Part shown: in pieces, positions 1 through 13,357 of the stretch
How positions within the stretch are numbered: position 1 is the first letter of the stretch
How the letters are laid out: every line of letters begins with the position of its first letter
Assembly: GCF_025526975.1 (NCBI RefSeq)
Contig: NW_026515688.1
Coordinates: 434,001-498,000 of the forward strand
Length of the DNA stretch: 64,000 nt
Direction of reading: 5' to 3'
Origin: Fimicolochytrium jonesii
Taxonomy: Eukaryota
The notes under the pieces: model-generated
What the model was told of the DNA's origin: nothing
What the model saw: only the letters and a program-made list of their open reading frames with translations
The model's database searches: none
Translations under genes and position numbers: made by a program

Positions 1-531
1 CCGCCCATTCGCGCTATCCGCGTCACAGCAGTGCGTCCACCCCAAACCAAGATCAGCGACATTTGTAGTAGGACCTTCAATTTGTTCTCGATTGGGTTCT
101 GAGACCAAATGGCGGCTGAGTGAGCAAATGAGGCCTCTCCCTGAAGGCAGGCTAGCTACCCTTACCTGCGAGCAATAATCGAACAGTTCTGCACAGTCTC
201 CCCCTTGCAATAGGAAGCGCTTGTTTTCGGCTACCTCCGCGAGCTGCTGCCTCAGCTTATCAACCTGGATATACGATATGAGTACTTAGATAGTTGAATA
301 ACGACCACTTCGCCTTGCAATTGATTCCACACACCCAACGCATACCTCTTGCGAGCTCACCAAAGGCGGAAGGTGGCTGAGTTTGGCCAGAACCTTTTCC
401 ACTTCCTCGGGGCTGTCGTACGCGACGTCCTGCAAGACCTTCTTGGCCTTCCACGATTCCGGGGACCATCCTTCTGCACTTGCTTTGGCGGGTGTGCCGT
501 TCGACATCTTTGCGGGGCTGCTGCTCGTCAT
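1..531 (-). CDS. Class II DAHP synthase (3-deoxy-7-phosphoheptulonate synthase), 5' part; runs off the left edge
   Basis: Spliced exons 531-346, 264-166 and 98-1 give MTSS...WSPESWKAKKVLQDVAY...LSHLPPLVSSQE/VDKLRQQLAEVAENKRFLLQGGDCAELFDYCSQ/NPIENKLKVLLQMSLILVWGG...RIARMG. FLLQGGDCAE is a class II DAHP synthase signature. Confidence 0.93.
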
Positions 532-1053
532 TTTGAATGCGTCTGGTCCTGATAGTGAAATGTGTGTTGGGGAACCTTTCTGCCGACTCTTTTTGGGCTT
601 TCTGCTCTTCAAGCTCGCGCACGTTTTTACGCGACATCGAGCGGACGCCAATAGTCAGCCGGTGACTTCTCTGCATATGCGCGCCACCGAGTATGGGCCA
701 TCCGCATGTGAACGGCCCCCCTGCTCCGAGTCATTCGAATCATCGTGAACCGACGGAAATGTCATTCTTGTCGAAATTCTCAATCGACAACGATCTGCCG
801 ATCTGGCAGCAAGTCAAGGTCATTCCAACGCTTCGCAGTAAGTCTGTGACAACCCCAACGGCGCTTAGCGTTGAAAAACTCCCTTGAGCTTACTTACTCC
901 ATATTTAGAAGTGTGCGACTTAGAACTTTCTGGGCGGACGCAGACTCTGTACCAAAGTGGAGGCTTTTATCGAGTTTCGAAGGAAATTCCAGACTTGGGG
1001 GGGTTGTCTCGTAGACTGACCGTTCTACAGGACTGGATTTCAACGGGCGTCGA

Positions 1054-3104
1054 ATGAGTCCTTTCCTCGGCATTCTGTTGATTTGCTATTCCAGCCGTGG
1101 TCATCAGCTGGTTTTCAACTATCCTGCAGAGCCAAAGCCAAGGCTTTCGAGGACGCGCAGTGGAAATCGAGTTGGACAGCTTGGAGATGGCACTCCTCTC
1201 CGTCAACAGGAGAGCGAGAAGTTTCTTGGCTTTGAAACCCACTTCCTTTCGGATGTACTGTCCCCAAAAGTGGCTTTGTGCGACCGACAGTTCCAGTTGA
1301 CAGTCGATGATGTGACCTTTGTGGGACATCCAACACTCCTGCATGCGGACCGCCCGGGAACTGGTCATCGTTTCGCTCGGATGATACAAAAGAAGAGGTT
1401 GAATGCTCAGGAGGCGGGTATTAGAACGCCGTCCTCGCATTGGGACAATGAGCTGCATCAGTATCACGATGGGATATCTCCGCCATTTGAGAAAGCCGCC
1501 TCGAACCCCTCCGTGAAGTCGTCGGCAGATGCAATATCCTCCGCCGGGTTGTCTGCATCCGCACCTCAATTATCAATGTTCAATCTGGTCTTTGCGATGC
1601 AAACCAGTGGCGAACAGATGGCGGTAGATGAAATGTACACCCACGTCATATCCAAGGTCACAGCCGCCCTCAAGTACGAGCAACTCAAGCGAGGCTACAT
1701 TCGAAAGGAGACGGAATTGATTCTTTCTATCAAGGACGATGCTCAAAATAAGACATCAGATCGCGTGCACCTGAGCGATATCATCGATCGTATACTCTCC
1801 GAGTGCTCTCTGGCCCGTTGCCTAGCCGATATATACGACTCAATAGTGCGAGACTCTGCGGCACACGTTGTTATCAATTCCTCCGTTGATTTATCCCTCC
1901 ATTTGCCAAAGCATACCAAGCCCTGCATGCTTGCGCCGCAACGCCTAGAGTCTCGCGTTGGGTTGGAGGACGAAGGGAGCTCAGGGTACCCAGTTCTCCG
2001 GCCATACCATGCTATCCTGCTACTGTACGATCCTGAAGAAGTCCTGCAAGCATTACCGGTTGATCCACTGCCATTGCTTGCGGAACTGATTCAAGTTGTC
2101 ACACCAACTCAATGGTGCGGCCATGTGATAGATAATCGAATTGAAGTTCTTGCAAGCAAACTAATTCGCTTTGCAGCTTCCAGCAACTGCAGGCTACCTT
2201 GGATTGCTCTCTTTCCCAAGTCTATCGATTAGCTGCTCACTTGGTCCATTGGCAAAAGGCGAAAATCATTCATGTTGTCGGCGTGCGCAATGTCTATGTG
2301 GTCCCGCCCAACGCTGATCTCAACCGGTACGGTAAACGGAGGTGTCTGATCCAACCAATGCATACTGGTGCTGACCATGCACTTCTCGCAGCATACATGA
2401 ACTCTCTGGAGATTTCAACAACCGTTTCCCGTCCGTCAATCTCCCGTCCATCTTGGCCAATTTGACAAGCATCCGACCATTTTCCACCACTATACCGCAG
2501 AAAGAGTTGCGGACCTTATACCTCGAGATCCTAACGTACCTGTTGCGACATAACCTCGTAGAGCAACTCCACATGTACATATGTAAGTCTGCCCTCCTGG
2601 GCGGAGCAATGCCGGAGTTCGCTGACTGACTGAACCCTTCTCATTACAAGATCTCATGATCCCGTACAATATATTTAACAATAAATTGCTGGTCGGCACC
2701 TCGCGGGAAAATGAGACTCCATCGCCCGTCATCATTGCAGACCCGGCCCAAGCGACTGATGTTGAAAGGGAATGGATAAACCGCATTGCCTACGAGCAAC
2801 CCCAGGCCATAGCTTCTGCTTTCCTCAAGTAAGCATATACATCTCGTACGACAGGACGACCACCTTGGTACTGACACTACACACCCCATTTACAGGTTGG
2901 TGCCATACTTCAGCGGAAAGTATCATGTCGAAGAGATTGCGTTCCGTGAGACCATGCCGAGGTGCGTCCCCGGACAAAATTTGAGGTTGAGCAGTCGGCG
3001 GCTGTGAATGATCAAATTCATAATACGTTTTGTTGAGCAGGAAGGATCTTCGGCATATCTTGAATCGGTTTCGAGAGGCGATCATCACCGTGTTATTACC
3101 CTAG
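1054..3104 (+). CDS. NPR3: GATOR1/SEACIT subunit Npr3 (NPRL3), multi-exon
   Basis: N-terminus LGILLICYSSRGHQLVFNYP, LSPKVALCDRQFQLTVDDVTFVGHP and LRPYHAILLL. Downstream exons give LAAHLVHWQKAKII and LVPYFSGKYHVEEIAFRE, then KDLRHILNRFREAIITVLLP* (TAG 3102-3104). Confidence 0.92.
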
Positions 3105-3735
3105 TGGGCGAAGGTGGCAATTTCCTGGCGAAGGAAATGCAATCACTCCTTTGGGGGTTTCTCCTTGGGATACCTGCCCCTCCTGAAATTTTCATGGCAT
3201 TGCTTCTCTGGGAGACCTACCGACGGCTTTTGGCGCGGCTGCAGCGTCTTACAATCCGCATGTCCGCTGGCGAATTGCGGCGGAAGAAGCCCGTTGGAAA
3301 AGCAAATCGTTTTCGAGCACCCAGGGTCTATTCTCGATGGACTATCGCGGCTTACCGTCAGATCCCACTCGCGAGGTTAAGCTCCGAACCAAAGCTCCGA
3401 GCAGGACGGAGTCGAAGGACGTTCAATGTACACGAAGGCCCGGCGGGTGAACGCTACGGCGTTAGAAATGCGGGCTGGTAGTGGTCTGACAACTACTCTG
3501 CCCACTGGCAAAGTATGGTCGGCCCACGGACGCTGAGATCTACTACGTGGGTAAACAGTAAAAACAGCACTGAGGCGGAAGGGTGCTCGGATCTCGGACC
3601 GCCTGTCTAGCGTTCGACACGAGGGATAGTGCTGGAGGCAGGGGCGCATGACCGGGGTTTGTGAGTGCCGGCGCGACGCTGTCTCACCGATACTTGTGAT
3701 GTAGGGAAATATTAACGGCACCCACCCGAGATTGT

Positions 3736-3891
3736 TATCCGCACCCATGTCTAAGATAGAAAAGGGGCTCTGGGGCTCGCTGTTTATGAATTACTATACT
3801 CTTCTGTTTATAAATCACTGGAGAAATGTGAAAGACGGAGTTATGAAAGCGCCCACCTCAACGTGGAGAAAACCAGACATGGGTGCGGATA
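3736..3891. repeat. Perfect 17-bp inverted repeat enclosing an AT-rich 122-bp spacer (MITE-like)
   Basis: TATCCGCACCCATGTCT at 3736-3752 and its exact reverse complement AGACATGGGTGCGGATA at 3875-3891. Confidence 0.85.
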
Positions 3892-4073
3892 GTTATTGCC
3901 TGGTTCCTCGGCCGATGGATACTATTGATAGTGTAACCCGGGTACTTGTAGGGTAGTGATATGCCCCCTGGCGAACCTCCATAGCGGGAATGTCAGGAAA
4001 TGATAAGAAGCTGTGGAAGAAAGTACTACATCTGAAAGAACGTCCTATTCTGCGCTCTTCTCCTATAATCTAT

Positions 4074-5511
4074 CTAGCTAGCCTTCAACGATGTTGTCAT
4101 CGCTTTAACGGCCTCAGCCTCGGCTCTAATCCATGGCGGTGGAGCGAGCGGAATATTGGTCTCGACGATAGACCGGATAGGGTACGTTTTCGGTACCCCG
4201 CCAGGTCGGAAAATGAGCGTCGGGCCTTTCGGATGAGTTGGTTCCGAAGCCTTGCCTGGTTCCTCGGCCGATGGATACTTATTGATCGTGTATCCTGGGT
4301 ACGACGATGGTTTGAAAGGAACGTTGGGCTGCTTGATAGTTCTTTTGGCGGAGGTTGGTTTGGGTGGGGCTTTTGCGCCTGCAATGAGACCAGATTAGAG
4401 CCTGGGCAAAGATGTATTCTCCATCCGCTGCCTCACCGTCAGTTGTATCGAGCGATACAAAATTGTTGAAAAAATCCATGTGATGTCCACTGCTAACAAA
4501 GGGACGTTCTCCAACGACCCTTTTCTTGTGTTCCGCATGATCTTTCTGTTGAAAAGAGTGTTGTCAGTCTCACAAAAGAGACCTTCACTCGTATGTACCA
4601 ACGCACCCTGTTTCCCATTTCCGCCGCATTGTAAGCATCCCCAATATATTCGTGCGCGGTCCCAATCGTGACGTTGGCTAGAAGGATTTCCGAGTCTCAG
4701 ATATCTTTCGTTCAAGCGGGCCGCTGGAGTGCCACTTACGGTATCCATAGCCAGTTCCCTTCTTTGGGGGGTTCGTCAGGAAGTTCTTTTTTGGCGGTAA
4801 TCCTCTCGCGGATTCCCGTGTAGCTGTGAACGAGGGAATGCTGCCTTCATTCTTTCGCTCTATGGGCCACTGCTGAGCGAACGTTCCATAGAAAGACCCT
4901 TTCCCGGATCTAAGTCAAGAACACCGTGATCAGGATCCGCAGCTGGTTCTTCTTATCAATCTGGAGCTTACGGTGTCGGGGGAACGTTAGACGGGCGGAA
5001 GGGGTTTGGCACGATGTTTTTCTCCTTTGCTTGGATCCTCCATCTGCGCCTCAGGGACACAGGGTCGGTGTACGATTCGTTCTAGTGGACGAAGTTGAGG
5101 AAACAACACTGAAAAAATCTTGCTACATGAAGCCACACCTCAAAAAGACGTATTGAGTCTTTTACAAAATAAACATCTTTCGTGTCGTGACCCCTCTTCC
5201 CTGGGTTTGTCAAGAACTGCTTCCCTGGGCAAGGAATCAAACTTTTCAGTGCGCACAGTACGATGCTCTACAGGCAAATATATAATCAAAGGAAAGCATG
5301 AATGCCAACCTTTATTGCGCTCGGAAAGTGACGACCCTATAGTGTACCGTGAGCGATGTCGCCAGAGAAAATCGAAAGATGTGGCACATTAAGGAGACTC
5401 ACCATTTTTGTTTGAGATGTAGCGGTCCCCGATTGATATGTACGGCGCCTCGCTGAAAATGCCAATGCGATCGAGGTCCGGCCTCCCAAACTTACTGCCG
5501 AGCTCAGTCAT
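4074..5511 (-). CDS. CFAP96: Cilia- and flagella-associated protein CFAP96 (C4orf47/UPF0602), multi-exon
   Basis: MTELGSKFGRPDLDRIGIFSEAPYISIGDRY matches the C4orf47 N-terminus as I recall it (DMERIGLFSEMEYITVGDKY). Later exons give GKQFLTNPGKRGHDTKDVYF..IRLFE, NESYTDPVSLRRRW...PFRPS and PGGVPKTYPIRSIVETN. Confidence 0.85.
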
Positions 5512-5769
5512 ATTGGCGTCGAACTCCGATGCGTAACTATGTGTATGGTTTTTCGCGGCGTGTAGATCTTGGAAGAGAAAGGAAGGAAGGCGGCGTTGGT
5601 GCATTTAGATTTGTGGCGGGACTGGAATGACAGAATTCGACAGCGCGATTTCGCTAAAAACCATCCGGTTACGAGATTGGAATCTATATACAAAGCTGCC
5701 TATATTCGGAGATAGGCACTGTCTCCATATATATACTATAGCTGTCGGAACTTGTAGGTTCTAGCTATA

Positions 5770-8700
5770 CTACAAGTCCGTGAGGATCTCCTTGACGAAC
5801 GGTGAATTGTCTATATCGGTCGCAAAGCTCTCCCGAATACGTTGCAATCCCTGTATCGCTGAGTCCGAGTCGAGTGGTACTTTTGCAAACTCATCGAGGA
5901 ACCGATCAATCAGCGCTTCTCCATCCTGAATAAAAGCCATCGCCTTAGTGGTATCTTCAAATAAGCCGTATTAAGGAGTATCTAGTGTCGACGATACCTG
6001 TATTTCCTGTTCACTGCTTTTCCAGGCTCGTTTTGTGATCACATCACCTTTTCCGAACAATCGTACATTACATCCAGGCAAAAGCTTTGCTTTTCAATCG
6101 AGAACGTACTTACCATTCGTCTCGAAGTCCTCCAATTCAGCCGCTTTTCGCTTGGCCATCTGAGACATTTCCATTAGCATTCGTCGCGGAAGGATCCGAA
6201 GTCATGAATAGTTCAACATACCTTCACGACGGAATCTGGGAAACTTGCTAGCTCGGCAACATGGATTCCGAAACTTTGATCGCAAGCGCCTGAGAAATAG
6301 AGGCGATGAGCAATGACCGTTTGCAGGGTCTGCAAGGAATCATTCGTACCATCTCTGACTTTGTACAGCAGAGTAATGCCTCTTTCTTCCCTGAGGGCCG
6401 CTACATGAAGGTTCCGCACTGTTGGCACCTTTTCATACAAAGCTGTCAGCTCGTGGAAATGCGTCGCGAATAGTGTGAAGCTTTGCAGATTTGTTGCAAT
6501 GTACCTAGAGGAAAGGAAGATGGCTGATGAGCATTCGAAGGCCGTAAACGATATACCCTACGGTACTTACTCCGATATCGCCCAGGCCAACCCAAAGCCG
6601 TCGTAGGTACTTGTTCCTCGTCCAAGCTCATCAATGATGATCAAAGAATCTGGTGTCGCGGCTTTCAAAATGGCGGAAGTTTCCAGCATTTCCGCCATAA
6701 ACGTCGATACACCTTTCAGCGTGCTATCACCAGCTCCAACCCGAGCAAGGATGGAGTCGAATATGCATAGGTTTGCTGCACGGCATGGTACGAAGCATCC
6801 TACTTGTCCCATCAAGGCGATCATCCCAATCTAGCCGTGGTGTTTAGTACAATATGTAACGGATATTGAAAGAAGTTGCATCGTAAACTTGACTCTCACC
6901 TGTCGGATGTAAGTTGACTTTCCGCCCATGTTTGGCCCCGTGATGATGTGGAATGAGCTCGATTCTATCGCATGTCCGGAATCCCTTAGTACGTGACTCA
7001 CAGGGCTGCCGGAAATCCGGCTGCGTACCTCTGAGCATTTCTGTATCATTATCGATGAATGCCACATCTTGCATCTCCAAGCAAGGGTGGCGTGCGGCTT
7101 TCAAATGAACATCGCCCTCCCCTAAAGTGTCCTCCGGTTAGACCACTTCCATCTTCGCGGACATAGTGGGAAGCACGCAACACACCCTTTTTCGTCAGAA
7201 CAGGTCGCACGTATGGAACCGGGGCATGTATCGCAACATGGGCGAAACTGAACGATAGATTCTGAGTATGATTCTAAGCTTTCCCATTACTGACAAGCTT
7301 CCACACCTGACGAGCACATCCAACACCGCAATGCTTTGGTTGAGTAGTTCAAGGACCGGGAAGTAAGATCCTATGGAAACCGGACCTGTCTGTTGAGCAA
7401 TCCGACGAGCCCGTTTTCGAATAAGTCCACATCCAAAAGGGCATGTCGTACCTGTGATCTCAATGACCTCTTTGACGAGTTTAGATTGTGTGCTTTCATA
7501 CTCTGCAGAAAGCTGTGCGTATTCCTCTGATAGTCGTCGCAGTGTTGACGTGGTAAAGTATACTCCATCCTTTCTTGTCGCCAATTCAATGTATTCGCGT
7601 TTATTCCTGATAATGGCGGCGTCCTGGAAAGCAAATACTTGTTGAAGGACCGGGTCTAGAGAGCAGCTGGGAAGACTACATACCTTTCTACTTAATCGCA
7701 TGATGTGGCCATACTGAGCATTCTTCTCGAACTTCAGCTTTTTCTCGTATTCGATATCCAAGTCATCGGCAGCCTGTGCGAGTTGTAAATGTCTGAGCTG
7801 CTGCGATTCACATGAGACAAAGGTCGATGACACGTCGTTACCCACCTTCATAGCTTCTGGTTCCAACCGCTCAAACGTCGTATCCATTTGTGCGCGGACC
7901 TCTGCATGAGCAAGAATGGTGAGAGATCCATCCTCTCCTGTGGCAGTCTTCCTGCATACCTTGCAATGTTTGGTCAAAATCTGCCTTGATTCGGAAGTCA
8001 TGGTGCTCGATGGCCGCCAGGTCTATGGTCGTTTCGACAAGCTCCTCCAAATTCTTGAGATGCTCCATATATTCCTAAACCAGAGCCATTTAAATTTCCA
8101 TCTCAAGCCGCGTCAGTGGCACCGTATCCTTACGTTCAGCTTGCTGACGAACGTCTCCTCGATGAGCTGTTCGTGGTCACCCGTATACCGTTGGAGGGCA
8201 TCCCGCAGAGCAGGAAGTTTGATCAGCACTTGATAAACGCGGACCACATCCTGCCGGCATCAGAGGTTAGACCTATGTCCCACCCGCAACTGGCTTGCAA
8301 AGTATATAATACCTGCAGATGAGCATTCTGGCGTTGGAATCGCTTTGCCAGACGGTGGAGATCAGGGAAGTTGCGGAGATTCTCTTCCTGTGAAGAGTAT
8401 TGGCCGATGAGTGATCCACTATAATGGCTATGACGGTTGGTTGAACACACCTGTAATTGTTGTCGTATACTGGTATCGTTGATGAATACTTCCACCAGAT
8501 CCTGACGCGTCTCTGAAATAGGGCGTCCGGTGAGTGAAAGTTCATTCCTCATAAAACTCCGTGGACATCATGGTGCCACTTACGGATCTCAGGTAGACTC
8601 ATGAGTGGTTGCTTCAGCCATTGCGCTAGCAACCTTGACCCTTGAGCCGTTTTGCATTTGTTGAGCAAGCCGTATAAGCTCATGCTCTTATTCGACCCTA

Positions 8701-10272
8701 ATTTGAGTGCGGTCTGTTGGTATGGGCCGTCAAACCTCCTCACGGACCATCCGCGTACCATCTTGTGGGCCCGGCATCAGGTTCAAAGCTCTAACGGCAG
8801 CTGCGTCCAGCTTCATGTATTGCGAGAGATCGTAGAGACGCAGGGTATATTGGTGGAAGTTTGTCTCCACGCTTAAGAGACCGAGGTACTTGATTAAGCA
8901 TGCGACACAACCCATGGCGACCGTCAACTCCATCTCCGGAAGTGCAGATATGGCCATGTCCTCATCAAGGAGACGGGCGAGATCCTGCTCGATATCTTTG
9001 CTTTGAAAGTCGCCTGTAGACCATCGTTTCAGTACAGAAGCCTCCTTGGATGCATCATGCACTGCCCTACCTTTCTTTCGGGACGTCACTACTATGCCAC
9101 AGCGATCCAATATGCCCTCGATCTTTCGAAGCTCATAGTTCTGCGAGTCTTCGGGAAGGACGCACTCTTTGACACTCAGCTGAATCAGTAGAGACTGATA
9201 TCACAATCATCAGTGATCGAACGGGGAACTATGAGAGCTGCAATGTTCACACCTCGAAGTTCGAAAACGTGTCATTGTCGATGAATTCCGCTACTCCGAT
9301 GAGCCGTTGCGTGGTGGCATCCGTGTAAGCAGCCCCTACGAGCTGGAAAAACAATATGTTAAGGGCAGCAGGTTCCGTATGCTTGTTGTGAGGTTTGCGT
9401 ACCCGTTGATCGCCTTTTGTCTCCAGCTTCAAGGCAAGAACGACAGGAGACGTGGACACGTCGCTTGCAGTGAAGAGCATGTCTTCTACATCCACGAGGT
9501 TTCCCGGTGACGCCTATAGAAGAGTCTATGAGCTCCATCGCTTCACATTGAGCGCGGAAAGCCATTCCTGGGCTTACTCGCTTGGTGATCTGCCATTGTG
9601 ATCCTTTCCGTCCCTCCGAGCTCCATATCTCGATGCGGTACAGCTTGTGCAAAAGCATGTCTCGCAGGAATGAGATGGTATTCAGTTTGGATAGCGTGCA
9701 ACTGGGCAGGCCTTTTCGCTCATCTGTCCAGGCATCAGAGTTCAGCTGAAAGCATGCGATGATGTTTCGTGGTCTTCCCACAAACCTCCAAGGTATTTGA
9801 TAACGGTCGATGTCTTGTAGACGGTCTGTGCCACAAACAACGCATCTTCGCCGTGAACGCTGTAGTAATCCTGCAAGCCCAGGCTTCAGTATTGCATCCC
9901 AGCCGATGTTGTCTGGTCATCCCATATGAACATCCGGCTCTCCGTGCAATAGCTTTCAGAGGTGCGCGCTCAGGGGCAAGCCACGTTTCTCCCAACAACA
10001 AAACGCATACATTTCGTTCGAACAGACGAACTGTGGTTTCGGATTTCTGGGCAACCAAAAAAAGGTCAGTGGGCACTCTTCCGAGGCGTGCGCAGTGCGG
10101 CCATACCTCCGGCAAGCCCTTGAAGAATGTAATGAAACCCTGCTCACTCGGTTTGTCTAGTATTCATACGATCGCAATCAGTTCCCTGCCAACCTGTACC
10201 TCACAAGGCAGGTGATTAATAAGGAGTGGACTTACCGAGAGACAAGTCGGGCCTATCGCTACGCTCTGCCAT
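5770..10272 (-). CDS. MSH2: DNA mismatch repair ATPase Msh2, about 20 introns
   Basis: Start [24 protein letters not shown]. Motifs [40 protein letters not shown], Walker [53 protein letters not shown] and [16 protein letters not shown]. Stop at 5770-5772. Confidence 0.97.
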
Positions 10273-10640
10273 GCTTTGCAGTCCTGGATGGTTACGCAAA
10301 TGTCGTTTCAATGTTTGGAGCTCAGCTGCTCAGGCGGAACTCTGCAGGGAGTTGTTGGAGTTGCGTGTCCGAGGTGTCCGACACCTTTGCCCTGTGGCTC
10401 ACATGTTGATCATGACAAACCAACCGCGACCGCGTACGACGGAACAATTGAATTCCAAAAAAGAAAGCACAGTGAAGAGAAAGATAGGCAAACACGGAAC
10501 ACATATAAGGGCAGAGCGGGCTTAACCTCGGCGGAAGGAGAACAAGGTGTAGGTAAGGGGAGGGATATAACCTAAGCACCTATTCCCCACCAGGGAAGTC
10601 CGAACGCGATGAAGCATATCGCCGGGAAGACTATGTAACC

Positions 10641-12284
10641 CTAGACAAAATCAACAGCGTTTGGAATGTCCGATGCAAAGTCCCAGATGACGATCTTCTT
10701 ATCCTGTAATAGCGGGAACATAGAGGGGCGCGTAGAGAAAGTCAGTATGCAATGTACTAAATGTTGACGAATTAAGGCAAACCTACCTGGCTGGAACTGA
10801 TGATCTTTGTGGCGTCCATTTGAACATGGAAGACCCAGCTACTGTGGGCGCCTTTCAACTCCAGTAACTGCTTGCCGGTCTCGAAATCCCACACTTTTAT
10901 CGTCTGATCGTAAGACCCGCTCACGATCCGTTTCCGGTCGAAGCAGAGGGTCCTGACCAGGTCAGTATGACCCTCCAGTTTTCGTAGGCACTCGCCTGTC
11001 CGCGCATTCCATATATTGATCGTAAAGTCGTTGGAACCGCTGACGAGATATGTGCCGTCGAACTGCACACAAGCGAGGCCACGCGTGTGTCCGCCAAACT
11101 CTCGAAGGCATCGGCCAGTTGCCACATCCCACAACTTGATGACGCAGTCACCCGAGGCAGATGCGATCAAACCGTCATGCAAATGCACCGCGTTAACTGC
11201 CGCATGATGTCCCTCAAGAGTGCGAATGAGTTTCCCGGTGTGGATGTTCCAGATTTTGATTTTGCAGTCCTTCGAACATGAAACAACAATGTCCTGGTTG
11301 AAGCGAACATCTAGTACTGCGGCGGAGTGCCCGTCCAAAACATGCAGTTCTGAACGAGTGTTGATATCCCACACGACAATGGTGTGATCAGAAGACCCTG
11401 TGACGATGTAGCGATCGTCGAATTGCAGGCACAAAACAGAGCCCGAGTGACCATTCATACTTCTGACACACTGGCGGGATGGGAGATCCCAGAACTTGAG
11501 GGTGCGGTCGCGCGAGCCCGACAGTAGTAAATCTCTATCGAACTGAATGCAGTACACGGCGTCTGTATGTCCGCTCAGGTAGTCGACTTTCACCACGCCT
11601 TGACGCCAGTTGTCGTTGAGTTTGAGCCGCTGCTGATACAAGCTTTTCCAATTTCGATATCGGGACGAGGGAGAGCTAGGTGATACCGGAGATGTGACAG
11701 ACGACGGCGCAGCTTTCGGGAAGAAAGAGGAGGGCAAGGGGTATGTTGTTGCATAGGTCGCTCTCCATACGTCGTTATCTTGCACAACCTTCGCCCAGCG
11801 GCGTGAAACTTGGGCCATCTTGATCACCGACCTGAGATCCCGAACATGTGCAGCTATGTTCACGGCGAGCTCGTAAGGTAGCTCCAATAAGAAGTCTGTG
11901 ACGAATTCAACGAGATGGAAAACGTCAGTCTGAATTGCACGAGATGACTGCCATCGATTCCCCTCCCCCTAACCTATTCGCTTAACGTCATCCATCGCCG
12001 TGGCCGAGTCTGTTATGCTGTATCTTTTCGAGGCTGCTGATAGAGGTTCCCCTCGTGAATGCTCAGTCGAATCTTCCGCGCCGGTGCCAATGCCACGTCT
12101 ATCACGAGCGGTTCTCTCGTCATGCTTCGGAACATCGACTTTCAGAGTGTCCCCCGAACGTTTGTTGAAAAGCCTGCCACGCGAGAGAAATATACATACA
12201 CAGGGAGCTCGTAAGTTCACAATTCAACCTTCCCACGCCACATTATGGAAAACACGACTAGTGACGTTACCTGCTGAAGAACAT
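10641..12284 (-). CDS. F-box/WD40 protein (beta-TrCP/Met30/Cdc4-like SCF substrate receptor)
   Basis: 14-nt first exon (ATG 12284, MFFSR|LFNKR...), F-box DFLLELPYELAVNI...VSRRWAKVVQDNDVWR, seven GH...WD repeats (GHTDAVYCIQFD, GHSGSVLCLQFD, GHTRGLACVQFD, GHTDLVRTL), and last exon DKKIVIWDF...*. Confidence 0.9.
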
Positions 12285-12416
12285 GACGTGCTTTTGCCGT
12301 CGACTAAGACAACCGCCACTACTAAGGCTACGGAACGTTTGAACGGATGCAGGGCGTTGTCGATAAATTCTTCCCCGAGTCCACCGATGAGTAAAATACT
12401 GTACAGTAATGTGCAA

Positions 12417-13357
12417 TTATTGGGTTGAATACAGTATTCGAGCAGGCTGAGCCTTTCTAATCTGAGCCCGCGCCGGGAACCGGGGTTCCGATTTCCTGGT
12501 CGAGATTCCGCTCCAAGTTGACGCGTCCATCTATATATATAACAGTACTGCCCCCGTAAAATGACGGCAGAAATGACAATCTTCGAAAACCAACCGTTTG
12601 GATCTGGACAACGACGCAACCTGCATCTGGCCCCTGATGAGCTGCATAAGCATCAGAATCTCCTGACCGGAACTGAGGGATGCATTTGCAGCAAAAGGGT
12701 CAGCGGCTCCCAACTGGCACCGTCCTCTTTGAATGCGGCGGGTGCTTTCTGATCAAAGTTGGTTCCGACAATCAACGTGGCCACGTTGTTTGACGCCATC
12801 CCGCAGACTTTCCCAAAATTGATCTTGATGTTGGTTCGTTTCAATCGCTCAGAGATATAGGTGATTGCACGTAAATTGGAGTCGGCCTCGGCAATCAAGT
12901 CTGAACTGGCGGTGGTGGCATAAACGAGGTCGTCATGGTTGACCTGTTGGAATGCCGTTTGCGACGAGAGTTGGGCTTCTATTACACGAACAGTAGCATG
13001 TGCTGCTTCACGCTGGCGTCGCAGGCGTCGTAGCTGTTTCTTCGGAGAACTCGTCCCGGGAAACCCCAGATTTGAGGCATACAGTTGGTTGGTTATAAAA
13101 TTCGACAGCCCCGCCAGCAGCCGTCGTTGCCGATTCGGAGGAGCGACGTCCTTTCATCCTTTCATGCTGCTCCACCCTGTTTTTTTGTCCGACGCGTGGA
13201 CAATCCCCTGAATGTCCGTACCTCCTGTACATACCCTAGAGTGAACTCCGTACAAATCGATATTGTCAGGCAATCGGGGAACCCTCGGAAGCCCGGGATT
13301 GCCTTCCGATGGGTTTTCCCTTCTGGGCTTGCCTTCAATGCGGTCCACAAAGCGCAT
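12417..13357 (-). CDS. Possible orphan spliced gene or degraded gene; no family recognised
   Basis: Frame 13357-12653 is open except for one TGA at 13154-13156, which a phase-0 GTATGT...AAG intron could remove. A possible last exon lies at about 12530-12417. Splice signals are weak. Confidence 0.3.

Noticed and set aside
3105..3735. Telomerase RNA, TPP riboswitch, RNase P/MRP or group I intron as the identity of the structured region
   Set aside because: I found no CCCTAA-type template on either strand. CTGAGA is present but the rest of the TPP core is not. P4-forming RNase P/MRP boxes and ordered P/Q/R/S elements are absent.
4197..4226. CCAGGTCGGAAAATGAGC resembles SRP RNA helix 8
   Set aside because: It lies antisense within the last CFAP96 coding exon, with no Alu domain or helix 6 context.
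13154..13156. In-frame TGA as selenocysteine
   Set aside because: There is no redox motif context (MKG*KDV) and no convincing SECIS downstream. An intron or pseudogene is simpler.
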